DNA of 59,292 nt, taken from assembly GCA_035632115.1 (NCBI GenBank), contig DASQHL010000054.1, forward strand, positions 1 through 59,292. Reading direction: 5' to 3'. Position 1 is the first letter of the stretch. Every line of letters begins with the position of its first letter. Positions 28,736 through 37,228 of this stretch are shown here, one piece after another. Made by a program: the position numbers and the translations under genes. The DNA is from Dehalococcoidia bacterium (GTDB lineage: Bacteria > Chloroflexota > Dehalococcoidia > DSTF01 > JACRBR01). The notes beneath the pieces were generated by a model. That model saw only the letters and a program-made list of their open reading frames with translations. It had not been told where the DNA came from and did no database searches.

Positions 28736-30655
28736 CTATGCGAACACGTAGTCAGCTGCGTCCGGCTCCCGCGTCCGCTGCCAGTACTCGATCAGGTTGA
28801 ACGGCCAGTTCTGCGCGCTCCGACCCTTCGCGTTCTTGTACCAGCTGTTCACCGTCGAGACGCCCCACGTCCGCTCCAGGTTCGCCCGGTCGATGCGCTC
28901 GTTGTACGCGTCGTGCACGTCCGCGCGGCAGTCCATCGTCCGTCGCCCGCCCTCCAGCAGCAGCCGCAGGCACCCCATCACGTACCGCACCTCGCACTCG
29001 GAAAAGTAGATGATGCTCCCGTTCACCACGATGTTCGTGTTTGGCCCGTACAGCATGAAGAAGTTCGGAAAATTCGGCACCGTGATCCCCAGGTACGCCC
29101 GCGCGTCCCCGTCCCACTGCGCGTTCAGGTCGATGCCGTCCCGGCCCGTCACGCGCATCGGCGTCAGGAAGTGCGACGCCTGGAACCCCGTCCCGTAGAT
29201 GATCACGTCCGCCGCCCGCTCCGTGCCGTCTGCCGTCACCACGCCGTCGCGCGTGATCTCCCGGATCGTGTCCGTGATCAGCCGCACGTTGTCGCGCTTC
29301 AGCGTCTCCGCCCACACGCCATTGTCCAGCACGATCCGCTTCGACGTCGGCGGGTACGTGGGCAGCACCTTCTCCAGCAGGTCGGGCCGGTCGGCATACT
29401 GCCCCTGCAGGTACATCGTCAGCAGCACCCGCAGCTGCTCGTTCGCCGCGCTCACCGATCGCTCGCGCGGCTCCCACGCCGGGTCCACCGTCGCAGCCGG
29501 CAGCAGACCGTCCGTCGTGTTCCAGAACAGCCAGAACCGGTACCAGTGCGCGTAATGCGGCACCCGCGCGAACAGCCACCGCAGCCCCGCCCCCACGTCC
29601 TCGTGGTAGTTCGGGACCGGCACGAACCAGTTCGGCGTCCGCTGGTAGATCGTCAGCTCCGCCGCCTCCTGCGCCACCACCGGGATGAACTGCGCCGAGC
29701 TCGCGCCCGTGCCGATCACCGCCACGCGCTTGCCGCGCAGCTCCACGCCATGGTCCCAGCGCGCGGAGTGGAACGACGCCCCACCGAACCCCTCCCGCCC
29801 CGCGATCTCCGGCAGCTTCGGCCGGTTCAGTTGCCCCACCGCGCTGATCACCGCCTGCGCCTCGACCGTCTCTTCCGCGCCATCCGCCGCCCGCAACCGC
29901 AGCGCCCACGCGCCACGTGCTTCGTTGAACGCCATCGATGCCACTTCGGTCCGGAACCGCACGTGCTCTCGCACCCCGTACTCCCGCGCGCAGTCCCGGA
30001 AGTACTCCAGCAGCACCTCCTGCGTCGAGAAGTGCTTCGGCCAGTCCGTCCGCTGCGCGAACGAATAACTGTAGAACGCGTTCGGCACGTCCACCCGCGC
30101 CCCGGGATACGTGTTCTCCAGCCACGTCCCGCCGACATCGTCGTTCTTCTCGAAGATCACGAACGGCACGCCCGCCTGCTTTAGCCGGATGCCCGCGAGG
30201 ATCCCCGACATCCCGGCACCGATGATCGCCACGCTGAAGCGCGTCTTCGGGTCCATCTGCCACGCCGGCGCCCGCGGGTCGTCGTCGTACGGCGCCAGCT
30301 CCTCGACCAGCAGCGGGATGTACTCGTCCGCTGCCGCCGAGCCCGTCATCCAGCGGGTGATCTCCCGGATGTCCCCTTCGATGGGATGCGCTGCCGCCCT
30401 CGGCGCGTCGTCCCGGAGCCGCCGGATCGCGTCCAGCGCAAGCGCCCGCGCCTCCCGCTGCTGCTCGTCGCTCATCCCGCCCTGCGGGATCCCCGGCGTC
30501 ACGCCCGGCGGCCGCAGGTCGTCCCGCAACAGCGAAAGGTCGCCCGTCGCCTGCGCCAGCGCCGGCAGCAGCGCCGGCAGAAACGCCTCCTCCAGCGCCT
30601 CTCGGATCTGCTCGTCGCTCTCGGTGATCTGCTCCGTCACGCTCGATGTCGCCAC
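28736..30655 (-). CDS. Type I Baeyer-Villiger (flavin) monooxygenase with a HAPMO-like N-terminal extension
   Basis: Rossmann motifs IIGAGMSGILAG and VIGTGASSAQ. BVMO fingerprint FGGASFHSARWD. A leader of about 130 aa precedes the first GxGxxG. Confidence 0.85.
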   Translation of the reverse strand: MATSSVTEQITESDEQIREALEEAFLPALLPALAQATGDLSLLRDDLRPPGVTPGIPQGGMSDEQQREARALALDAIRRLRDDAPRAAAHPIEGDIREITRWMTGSAAADEYIPLLVEELAPYDDDPRAPAWQMDPKTRFSVAIIGAGMSGILAGIRLKQAGVPFVIFEKNDDVGGTWLENTYPGARVDVPNAFYSYSFAQRTDWPKHFSTQEVLLEYFRDCAREYGVREHVRFRTEVASMAFNEARGAWALRLRAADGAEETVEAQAVISAVGQLNRPKLPEIAGREGFGGASFHSARWDHGVELRGKRVAVIGTGASSAQFIPVVAQEAAELTIYQRTPNWFVPVPNYHEDVGAGLRWLFARVPHYAHWYRFWLFWNTTDGLLPAATVDPAWEPRERSVSAANEQLRVLLTMYLQGQYADRPDLLEKVLPTYPPTSKRIVLDNGVWAETLKRDNVRLITDTIREITRDGVVTADGTERAADVIIYGTGFQASHFLTPMRVTGRDGIDLNAQWDGDARAYLGITVPNFPNFFMLYGPNTNIVVNGSIIYFSECEVRYVMGCLRLLLEGGRRTMDCRADVHDAYNERIDRANLERTWGVSTVNSWYKNAKGRSAQNWPFNLIEYWQRTREPDAADYVFA

Positions 30656-30858
30656 AGTGAAGACTCCGCCCGACAGCTCCGTGCCCTGCCTCGCGCGACC
30701 CGCGCCGCTCCCGAGAGTATCCGCGATCTGGCCGCGTCAGGCACGGCCATCCGCCCGGCGCGCGGCCTCCCCGCCCGCCTCGACGGAGCGCGCGCGTTAG
30801 TGCTATACCCTATGCACGCTGACGCGCGCCGCCCGCCGCGGCCGGAAGAAAGCCCGCC

Positions 30859-32571
30859 ATGAGCGACTACTGGCAGCGTTTCGCGGACCGGCGCTTGTCC
30901 CGCCGCAGCGTCCTGCGTGCCGCTGGCATCGGTGCCGCCGCTGCCGCGGCCATCCCCCTCGGCGGTTGTTCCGGCGGCTCCACCACCACCACCGGCGCCG
31001 GCGTCACCCCGGCCACCACCCCTTCGCCCAACGGCCCCGATCTGCTCAACACCGGTGGCACGCCCCGCCGCGGCGGCCGCTTCCTCACGTCCGAAGCCGC
31101 GGACTTCGGGACCTTCGATCCCCACCTCGGCATCGCCCTCGCCTCCGCCTACTTCCCGCGCCTCTACAACGTCCTCGTCAATCAGTGCGCCACCAAGGCC
31201 GAGTTCATGTACTTCGATCTCGCCTCCGCGCTCGAAACGCCTGATCCCCTCACGTTCATCTTCAAGATCCGCCCCGGAGTCAGGGTCGCCCCGAACGACC
31301 TCGGCGTGCCCGAACGTGACCTCGACCCCGAAGACGTGCGCGTCAGCCTGGAGCGCATCCGCACCACGAAGGCCGCCAACAACTACGCCTTCGCCCACCA
31401 GTACATCGCCTCCATCACCACCACCGCCGATACCGTCACCGTCAAGACCACCACGCCCTACGCCTGGTTCCTCAACCGCATCGGCCTCTTCGTCAACACC
31501 ATCCCCCCGCGCGAGCTCCTCTCCGGCGACCTCAAGCGGCTCGAGCAGCACGCCGCCGGCGCTGGCCCCTACCGCCTCACGTCTCTCCACGAAGGTCAGG
31601 GCGCCACCTTCGACCGCAACCCGAACTACTACCGCAAGGACGACCGGACCGGTCAGCAGTTGCCCTACGTCGATGGCATCGACCTCAAGCTCCTGTTCGA
31701 CCGCACCGCCGCCCGCACCGCCTTCCTCAGCCACCAGCTCGACCGCTACGTCCCCGCCAGCGCCAGCGAGGCCGCCGGCCTGCAGGATCGCTTCACCATC
31801 GAACGCGACCCCAACTTCTCCTTCATCGCCTTCGCCATGAACCCGCAGCAGCCGCCCTTCCAGGATCCCCGCGTCCGGCGCGCCATCTCCCGCGCCATCG
31901 ACCGCCAGGCCTACATCGATATCATCTACGGCGGCCAGGCGAAGGCCGATGGCCTCGTCCACTGGCCAGTCGGCGCCTACGCTCTCGATGACGCTGCCCT
32001 GAAGCAGACCTACCAGCCCTTCGACCTCCAGGAGGCGAAGCGCCTCGTCAGCGCGGTCGGCGGCATCAAGCTCAAGATGATGTATCCCAGCGGCACGCTG
32101 CTTGAGGAACACGACAAGCACCTGCCGATCTTCATCGGCCAGATGAACGATGCCGGTATCAGCATCGATCACGACCCCCAGGACCTGCCGACCTGGATCG
32201 AGAACTTCAGCAAGCTCAACTACCACTGCTCGCTCTCGCTCAACCAGATCTACGAGACCGCCGAGATCCCCCTCGGCTTCCACACCACCGCCGGCCCCCT
32301 CGGCGACGGCACCTACGTCCGCGGCCTTGGCGACCCGCAGATCGAGGCCGCCGTCAAGAAGGCCAACGAGACCATCGACGTCAACGCCCGCGTCACCGCC
32401 GTCCACGACGCCCAGAAGATCATCTACGGCAAGGTCCCCGCCTACTACCCCCTGGTCACGCCCTACATGTTCCAGGCGTACTGGCCCTCGGTCCACAACA
32501 TTCCCGCCGGCGTCGGCACCACCCAGTTCCTGCTCAACATGTTCTGGCTGGACTCCCCGGCCAAAGCCTGA
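30859..32571 (+). CDS. ABC-transporter solute-binding protein, family 5 (peptide/nickel/opine type), Tat-lipoprotein signal
   Basis: RRLSRRSVLRAAGIGAAAAAAIPLGGCSG. 570 aa SBP_bac_5-like body. No permease or ATPase gene is adjacent. Confidence 0.85.
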   Translation: MSDYWQRFADRRLSRRSVLRAAGIGAAAAAAIPLGGCSGGSTTTTGAGVTPATTPSPNGPDLLNTGGTPRRGGRFLTSEAADFGTFDPHLGIALASAYFPRLYNVLVNQCATKAEFMYFDLASALETPDPLTFIFKIRPGVRVAPNDLGVPERDLDPEDVRVSLERIRTTKAANNYAFAHQYIASITTTADTVTVKTTTPYAWFLNRIGLFVNTIPPRELLSGDLKRLEQHAAGAGPYRLTSLHEGQGATFDRNPNYYRKDDRTGQQLPYVDGIDLKLLFDRTAARTAFLSHQLDRYVPASASEAAGLQDRFTIERDPNFSFIAFAMNPQQPPFQDPRVRRAISRAIDRQAYIDIIYGGQAKADGLVHWPVGAYALDDAALKQTYQPFDLQEAKRLVSAVGGIKLKMMYPSGTLLEEHDKHLPIFIGQMNDAGISIDHDPQDLPTWIENFSKLNYHCSLSLNQIYETAEIPLGFHTTAGPLGDGTYVRGLGDPQIEAAVKKANETIDVNARVTAVHDAQKIIYGKVPAYYPLVTPYMFQAYWPSVHNIPAGVGTTQFLLNMFWLDSPAKA

Positions 32572-32587
32572 GCGCCTCCGCGCGCTC

Positions 32588-32633
32588 TTGACAACGCCCC
32601 CGGCCGGGCGTATCCTCGCCCTCACCATATGGT
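32588..32633 (+). promoter_or_regulatory. Promoter TTGACA-17 nt-TATCCT plus 10-bp palindrome ACCATATGGT spanning the tetR start codon
   Basis: The -35 is at 32588-93, the -10 at 32611-16, and the palindrome at 32624-33. ATG 32629 has no SD, giving a leaderless or about 6-nt leader mRNA. Confidence 0.5.
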
Positions 32634-33330
32634 AGTAAAACCGACAACAGTTGGTGAGGAAGCGGGCGCCCGGCGCGTCGACCGGCGGCGCGCCATCCTC
32701 GACGCCGCCACCGAACTCTTCGCTGACCGCGGCTTCGGCGCCGTCTCCGTCCAGGAGATCGCCGATGCCGCCAGCACCCACAAGACCACTGTCCTCTACC
32801 ACTTCGCCACCAAGGAGGCCCTGCACGAGGCCGTCCTCGATGAGGCGCTCGGCCGCATCGCCGCTGTCATGCACGAGTTCCTCGCCGGAGGCTTCCGCCG
32901 CGACCGCGTCGCCTACATGCTCGATCAGATCCACGCCTTCTTCGCCGACCACATCGCGCTCGCCCGCATCCTCCAGCGCGAGCTCCTCGAATCAGCGGCG
33001 CCCGAGGCCTACTTCAGCCTCTTCGTCGAGCCCATCTACCTCCCCGCGATGCGCATGCTCGAAGCGGCCATGGCCGCCGGCGTCATCCGCCACGTCGATC
33101 CCGCGCTCTTCATCCACGACCTGCACGTCCAGCTCATCGGCTACTTCTGCCACCGCCCCTTCATCGAACGCCTCAAGCCAGGCGATCCCCTCTCCGTCGA
33201 GGCCCTGATCGCCCGCCGTGAGCATCTCGTGAGCCAGATCTTCCGCCAGCTCACGCCCGATGGCGCCGAAGATTTCCACCTGCCATCAGCAGCCGCATTC
33301 GTCGTGTCCACACAGGAGCAGATGCCATGA
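32629..33330 (+). CDS. TetR family transcriptional regulator (first gene of the catabolic operon)
   Basis: HTH: RRAILDAATELFADRGFGAVSVQEIADAASTHKTTVLYHF. The stop overlaps the next start (ATGA). Confidence 0.9.
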   Translation: MVVKPTTVGEEAGARRVDRRRAILDAATELFADRGFGAVSVQEIADAASTHKTTVLYHFATKEALHEAVLDEALGRIAAVMHEFLAGGFRRDRVAYMLDQIHAFFADHIALARILQRELLESAAPEAYFSLFVEPIYLPAMRMLEAAMAAGVIRHVDPALFIHDLHVQLIGYFCHRPFIERLKPGDPLSVEALIARREHLVSQIFRQLTPDGAEDFHLPSAAAFVVSTQEQMP

Positions 33331-34355
33331 CTATGACCGCTGATCCCGGCACCTCCCGCTTCCCCGATGCGCCACCAGATTACCGCTTCCCCATCCCGCC
33401 ATTCCCCAACGGCTGGTTCCAGGTCGCCTACTCGGACGAGCTCCCCGTCAACGGCGTCATGCCGCTCGAGTACTTCGGCACCCACCTCGTCCTCTGGCGC
33501 GACGCCGCCGGCGCCGCCCACGTCCTCGATGCCTTCTGTCCGCACCTTGGCGCCCACCTCGGCTACGGCGGCCGCGTCGAGGACGGCTGTATCCGCTGCC
33601 CCTTCCACGCGTGGCGCTTCAACGGCGAAGGCGCCTGTGTCGAGGTGCCCTACGCCAACAAGATCCCGCCCCTCGCGAAGCTCGACCCCTGGCACGTCTG
33701 CGAGGCCAACGGGCTGGTCATGGTCTGGCACCATCTCGGCGGCAAAGCGCCGCAGTGGGACGTCCCCCGCCTCGCCGAGGTTGGCTCCCCGGGCTGGACC
33801 GACTACACGCGCCGCCGCTGGAAGATCCGCTCACACAACCAGGAGATGGGCGAGAACGCCGTCGACTCCGCCCACTTCAAGTACGTGCACGGCACCCCGG
33901 AGCAGCCGATGACGCGCGCAGAGATCGACGGCCACATCTTCCGCGCAAAATCCCCCGTGAACTACACGACGCCCCAGGGCACCGTGGAGGGCGGCATCGA
34001 GTCCACGAACTACGGCTTCGGCTTCGGCGTCGTCCGCTTCACCGGCATCGTCGAGACCATGCTCGTCTCCTCCGTCACGCCCATCGATGGCGAATACATG
34101 GACGTCCGCTTCTCCTTCTCCGTCAAGAAGCTCGGCAGCGCCGATGCCACCGCCGGCGTCGGCCGCGCCTTCATCGCCGAAATCGAGCGCCAGCTCGGCC
34201 AGGACATCCCCATCTGGGAACACAAGGTGATGAAGTCGCGCCCTGTGCTCTGTGATGGCGACGGCCCCATCGGCGTCTACCGCCGCTGGTGCAAGCAGTT
34301 CTACAGCGCCGATGCACCACCCGCCGGCACCGACGGCGCCGCGGACGAGGGCTGA
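33327..34355 (+). CDS. Rieske non-heme-iron oxygenase, KshA/Neverland-like
   Basis: NGWFQVAYSDEL, Rieske motif CPHLGAHLGYGGRVEDGCIRCPFHAWRF, and a catalytic-domain His pair region NAVDSAHFKYVHG. Confidence 0.85.
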   Translation: MTMTADPGTSRFPDAPPDYRFPIPPFPNGWFQVAYSDELPVNGVMPLEYFGTHLVLWRDAAGAAHVLDAFCPHLGAHLGYGGRVEDGCIRCPFHAWRFNGEGACVEVPYANKIPPLAKLDPWHVCEANGLVMVWHHLGGKAPQWDVPRLAEVGSPGWTDYTRRRWKIRSHNQEMGENAVDSAHFKYVHGTPEQPMTRAEIDGHIFRAKSPVNYTTPQGTVEGGIESTNYGFGFGVVRFTGIVETMLVSSVTPIDGEYMDVRFSFSVKKLGSADATAGVGRAFIAEIERQLGQDIPIWEHKVMKSRPVLCDGDGPIGVYRRWCKQFYSADAPPAGTDGAADEG

Positions 34356-34358
34356 GCG

Positions 34359-35204
34359 ATGCCCCGTGCCATCGATACCTTCGTCAACGTCAACATGGGC
34401 TCCGTCGAGCGCCCCCAGTGGCTCGTCCGCGTGGCCGAAGACTACTTCAACCGCGCCGACGCCATCTTCAAGGACATCTCGGTCGCCGAGCTCACCGAGG
34501 CCATGGACCGCGCCGGCGTCGAGAAGGCGATCATCACCACGACCGCCGAGCAGCCGGCCGATCACGTCCTCGCCTTCCCGCGCGCGAACCCCGACCGCTT
34601 CGTCCTCTCGCTCTCGCTCGACCCGCGCGGCGGCATGGAGTCGATCCGCGCGCTCCAGCGCCTCGTGCGCGACGAACCCGTCGTGCTGGCGCGCATCACC
34701 CCCTTCATGATCGCCCTGCCGCCCAACGACAAGGCCTACTACCCCGTCTACGCTAAGTGCATCGAGCTCGACCTGCCCATCGCCATCAACACCGGCATCC
34801 CCGGCCCGCCCATGCCCGGCCAGTGCCAGGACCCCATGTACCTCGATGAGGTCTGCGTGTTCTTCCCGGAGCTCAAGCTCATCATGGCGCACGGCGCCGA
34901 CCCCTGGTGGTCCGTCGCCATCCGCCTCATGATCAAGTACCGCAATCTCTACCTGCAGACCTCCGCCTACGCCCCGCGCTACTTCCCGCCCGAACTGATC
35001 CACTTCATGAACACGCGCGGCCAGGACAAGATCCTCTTCGCCTCCGACCACCCCGTGCTCTCCTTCGAGCGTTGCGTCAAGGAGGCGCAAGAGCTGGACC
35101 TGCGCGAAGGCGTGCTCGACAAGTTCCTCTACGCCAACGCCCACCGTCTGTTCTGGGGCGAGCGCCGCCCCACCGCCGCGGCCAGCGCCGCGCAACGCGC
35201 CTGA
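34359..35204 (+). CDS. Amidohydrolase-2 (PF04909-like) family protein
   Basis: TIM-barrel amidohydrolase-like (IMAHGADPWW, LFASDHP). The usual N-terminal HxH position reads IDTFVNVN. Confidence 0.7.
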   Translation: MPRAIDTFVNVNMGSVERPQWLVRVAEDYFNRADAIFKDISVAELTEAMDRAGVEKAIITTTAEQPADHVLAFPRANPDRFVLSLSLDPRGGMESIRALQRLVRDEPVVLARITPFMIALPPNDKAYYPVYAKCIELDLPIAINTGIPGPPMPGQCQDPMYLDEVCVFFPELKLIMAHGADPWWSVAIRLMIKYRNLYLQTSAYAPRYFPPELIHFMNTRGQDKILFASDHPVLSFERCVKEAQELDLREGVLDKFLYANAHRLFWGERRPTAAASAAQRA

Positions 35205-35214
35205 GGCCGCGACC

Positions 35215-35682
35215 ATGACCGACACGCCCGCCACGGAGGTCGCCCCCCTCACCGCGCCGCACGTGCTGGAGTTCGACTACACGCGCAGCGTCGGCCCGGT
35301 GATCGGCCGCTTCCTCGCCGAGCTGCGCGAACGCCGCATCGTCGGCGTCCGCACCGCCGCCGGCCGCGTCCTCGTCCCGCCGCAGGAATACGACCCCGAG
35401 AGCGGAGACGCCGTCACTGCCGACTTCGTGGAGGTCGGCCCCGGCGGCGTCGTCGTGACCTGGGCGTGGGTCGCCGCCCCGCGCCCGCGCCATCCCCTCG
35501 CCCAACCCTTCGCCTGGGCGCTCGTCCGCCTCGATGGCGCGGACACCGCCATGCTCCACGCCGTGGACGCCGCCGACGGGTCCCGCATGACCACCGGCAT
35601 GCGCGTCCGCCCGCGCTGGCGCGCCGAGACACGCGGCGAGATTCAGGACATCGCCTGCTTCGAGCCGGAGGCCTCACCATGA
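35215..35682 (+). CDS. DUF35 OB-fold protein, Zn-ribbon cysteines absent
   Basis: 155 aa. OB-fold acyl-CoA-associated family, with VLVPPQEYDPESGD where the 4-Cys ribbon normally sits. ATGA overlap with the next gene. Confidence 0.75.
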   Translation: MTDTPATEVAPLTAPHVLEFDYTRSVGPVIGRFLAELRERRIVGVRTAAGRVLVPPQEYDPESGDAVTADFVEVGPGGVVVTWAWVAAPRPRHPLAQPFAWALVRLDGADTAMLHAVDAADGSRMTTGMRVRPRWRAETRGEIQDIACFEPEASP

Positions 35683-36167
35683 CCGAGCTCGTGTACGGCA
35701 TCAAGACACCCATCCGCCTCGACTACATCTACGTCGCCGGACAGGCCTCGTCGCGCTTCCTGACCGCCATCGCCGAAGGGCGCATCGTCGGCCAGCGCTG
35801 CCCGCAATGTGCGAAGGTCTACGTGCCCCCGCGCGGCTCCTGCCCCACCTGCGGCGTCGCCACGGGAGAAGAAGTGCCCGTCGCCGATACCGGCATCGTC
35901 ACGACCTTCTGCATCGTCAACATCCCCTTCGCCGGCCAGGCCGTCCGCGTCCCTTACGTCTCCGCCTCCATCCTCCTCGATGGCGCCGGCATCCCCCTCT
36001 TCCACCTTGTCCAGGACATCGAGGCGCACGACGTCCGCATGGGCATGCGCGTGCGCGCCGTCTGGCTGCCGCCCGAAGAGCGCACCCCCAGCATGAACAG
36101 CATCCGCCACTTCCGCCCGACCGGCGAGCCTGACGCTCCCTACGACGCCTACCGGGAGCATCTCTGA
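35679..36167 (+). CDS. DUF35 OB-fold protein with an intact Cys4 Zn-ribbon
   Basis: CPQCAKVYVPPRGSCPTCG followed by an OB-fold segment. TGATG junction to the next gene. Confidence 0.8.
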   Translation: MTELVYGIKTPIRLDYIYVAGQASSRFLTAIAEGRIVGQRCPQCAKVYVPPRGSCPTCGVATGEEVPVADTGIVTTFCIVNIPFAGQAVRVPYVSASILLDGAGIPLFHLVQDIEAHDVRMGMRVRAVWLPPEERTPSMNSIRHFRPTGEPDAPYDAYREHL

Positions 36168-37228
36168 TGCGCGACGTCGCCGTCGTCTCCTTCGCCCAGT
36201 CGCCCCCCGTCCGCTCCGATACGATCCGCAACGAGGTCGAGATCCTCATGCCCGTCGTCGCGGAGGCGATCGAGCGCTCCGGCATCGGCCGACACGACTT
36301 CGGCTTCACCTGCTCCGGCTCCTCCGACTACCTCGCCGGCCAGCCCTTCGCCTTCGTCATGGCGCTCGATGCCGTCGGCGCTTGGCCGCCGATCGCCGAA
36401 TCGCACGTCGAGATGGACGGCGCCTGGGCCCTCTACGAGGCCTGGGTGCGCCTCCAGCACGGCGACATAGACTCGGCGCTCGTCTACGCCTTCGGCAAGT
36501 CGTCGCTCGGTGACCTGCGCGATGTGCTCACCCTCCAGCTCGACCCCTACTGCGTCGCTCCGCTCTGGCCCGATGCCGTCGATCTCGCCGCGCTCCAGGC
36601 CCGCGCCGGCCTCGATGCGGGCGTCTTCAGCGAGCGCGACATGGCCGCCGTCGCCGTCCGCAGCCGCCGCGACGCCGCTGCGAACCCCAACGCCCAGCTC
36701 CGCGACCCGCTCTCGCTCGATGACGCCCTCTCCGGCGCCCCGACGGCCTCGCCCCTGCGCGCGCACGACTGCCCGCCGATCTCTGATGGCGCCGCGGCCG
36801 TGGTCCTCGCCGCCGGCGACCTCGCCCGCCGCGTCTGCGAGCGCCCCGCCTGGATCCGCGGCATCGACCACCGCATCGAGCCGGCGTCGCTCGGCGCGCG
36901 CGACCTCGCCCGCTCCCCATCGACGGCGCTCGCCGCCCGCCACGCCGGCCTGACCGCCGAGGCGCCGCCGGTCGAGGTCGCCGAGCTGCACGCGCCCTTC
37001 AGTCACCAGGAGCTCATCCTGCGCGACGCGCTCGCCCTCGGCGAAGGCGTCGCCGTGAGCCCCTCCGGCGGCGCGCTCACTGCCAACCCGGTGATGGCCA
37101 CCGGCCTGATCCGCATCGGCGAGGCCGCCCGCCGCATCATCGATGGCACTGTCCGTCGCGCTCTCGCCCACGCCACCTCCGGCCCCTGCCTCCAGCAGAA
37201 TCTCGTCTGCGTCCTGGAGGCAGGCTGA
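36167..37228 (+). CDS. Thiolase-fold (SCP-x/Ltp-like) protein lacking the nucleophilic Cys
   Basis: 353 aa thiolase-like. The usual C(S/A)SG nucleophile region reads VEMDGAWALYEAW. Confidence 0.8.
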   Translation: MRDVAVVSFAQSPPVRSDTIRNEVEILMPVVAEAIERSGIGRHDFGFTCSGSSDYLAGQPFAFVMALDAVGAWPPIAESHVEMDGAWALYEAWVRLQHGDIDSALVYAFGKSSLGDLRDVLTLQLDPYCVAPLWPDAVDLAALQARAGLDAGVFSERDMAAVAVRSRRDAAANPNAQLRDPLSLDDALSGAPTASPLRAHDCPPISDGAAAVVLAAGDLARRVCERPAWIRGIDHRIEPASLGARDLARSPSTALAARHAGLTAEAPPVEVAELHAPFSHQELILRDALALGEGVAVSPSGGALTANPVMATGLIRIGEAARRIIDGTVRRALAHATSGPCLQQNLVCVLEAG

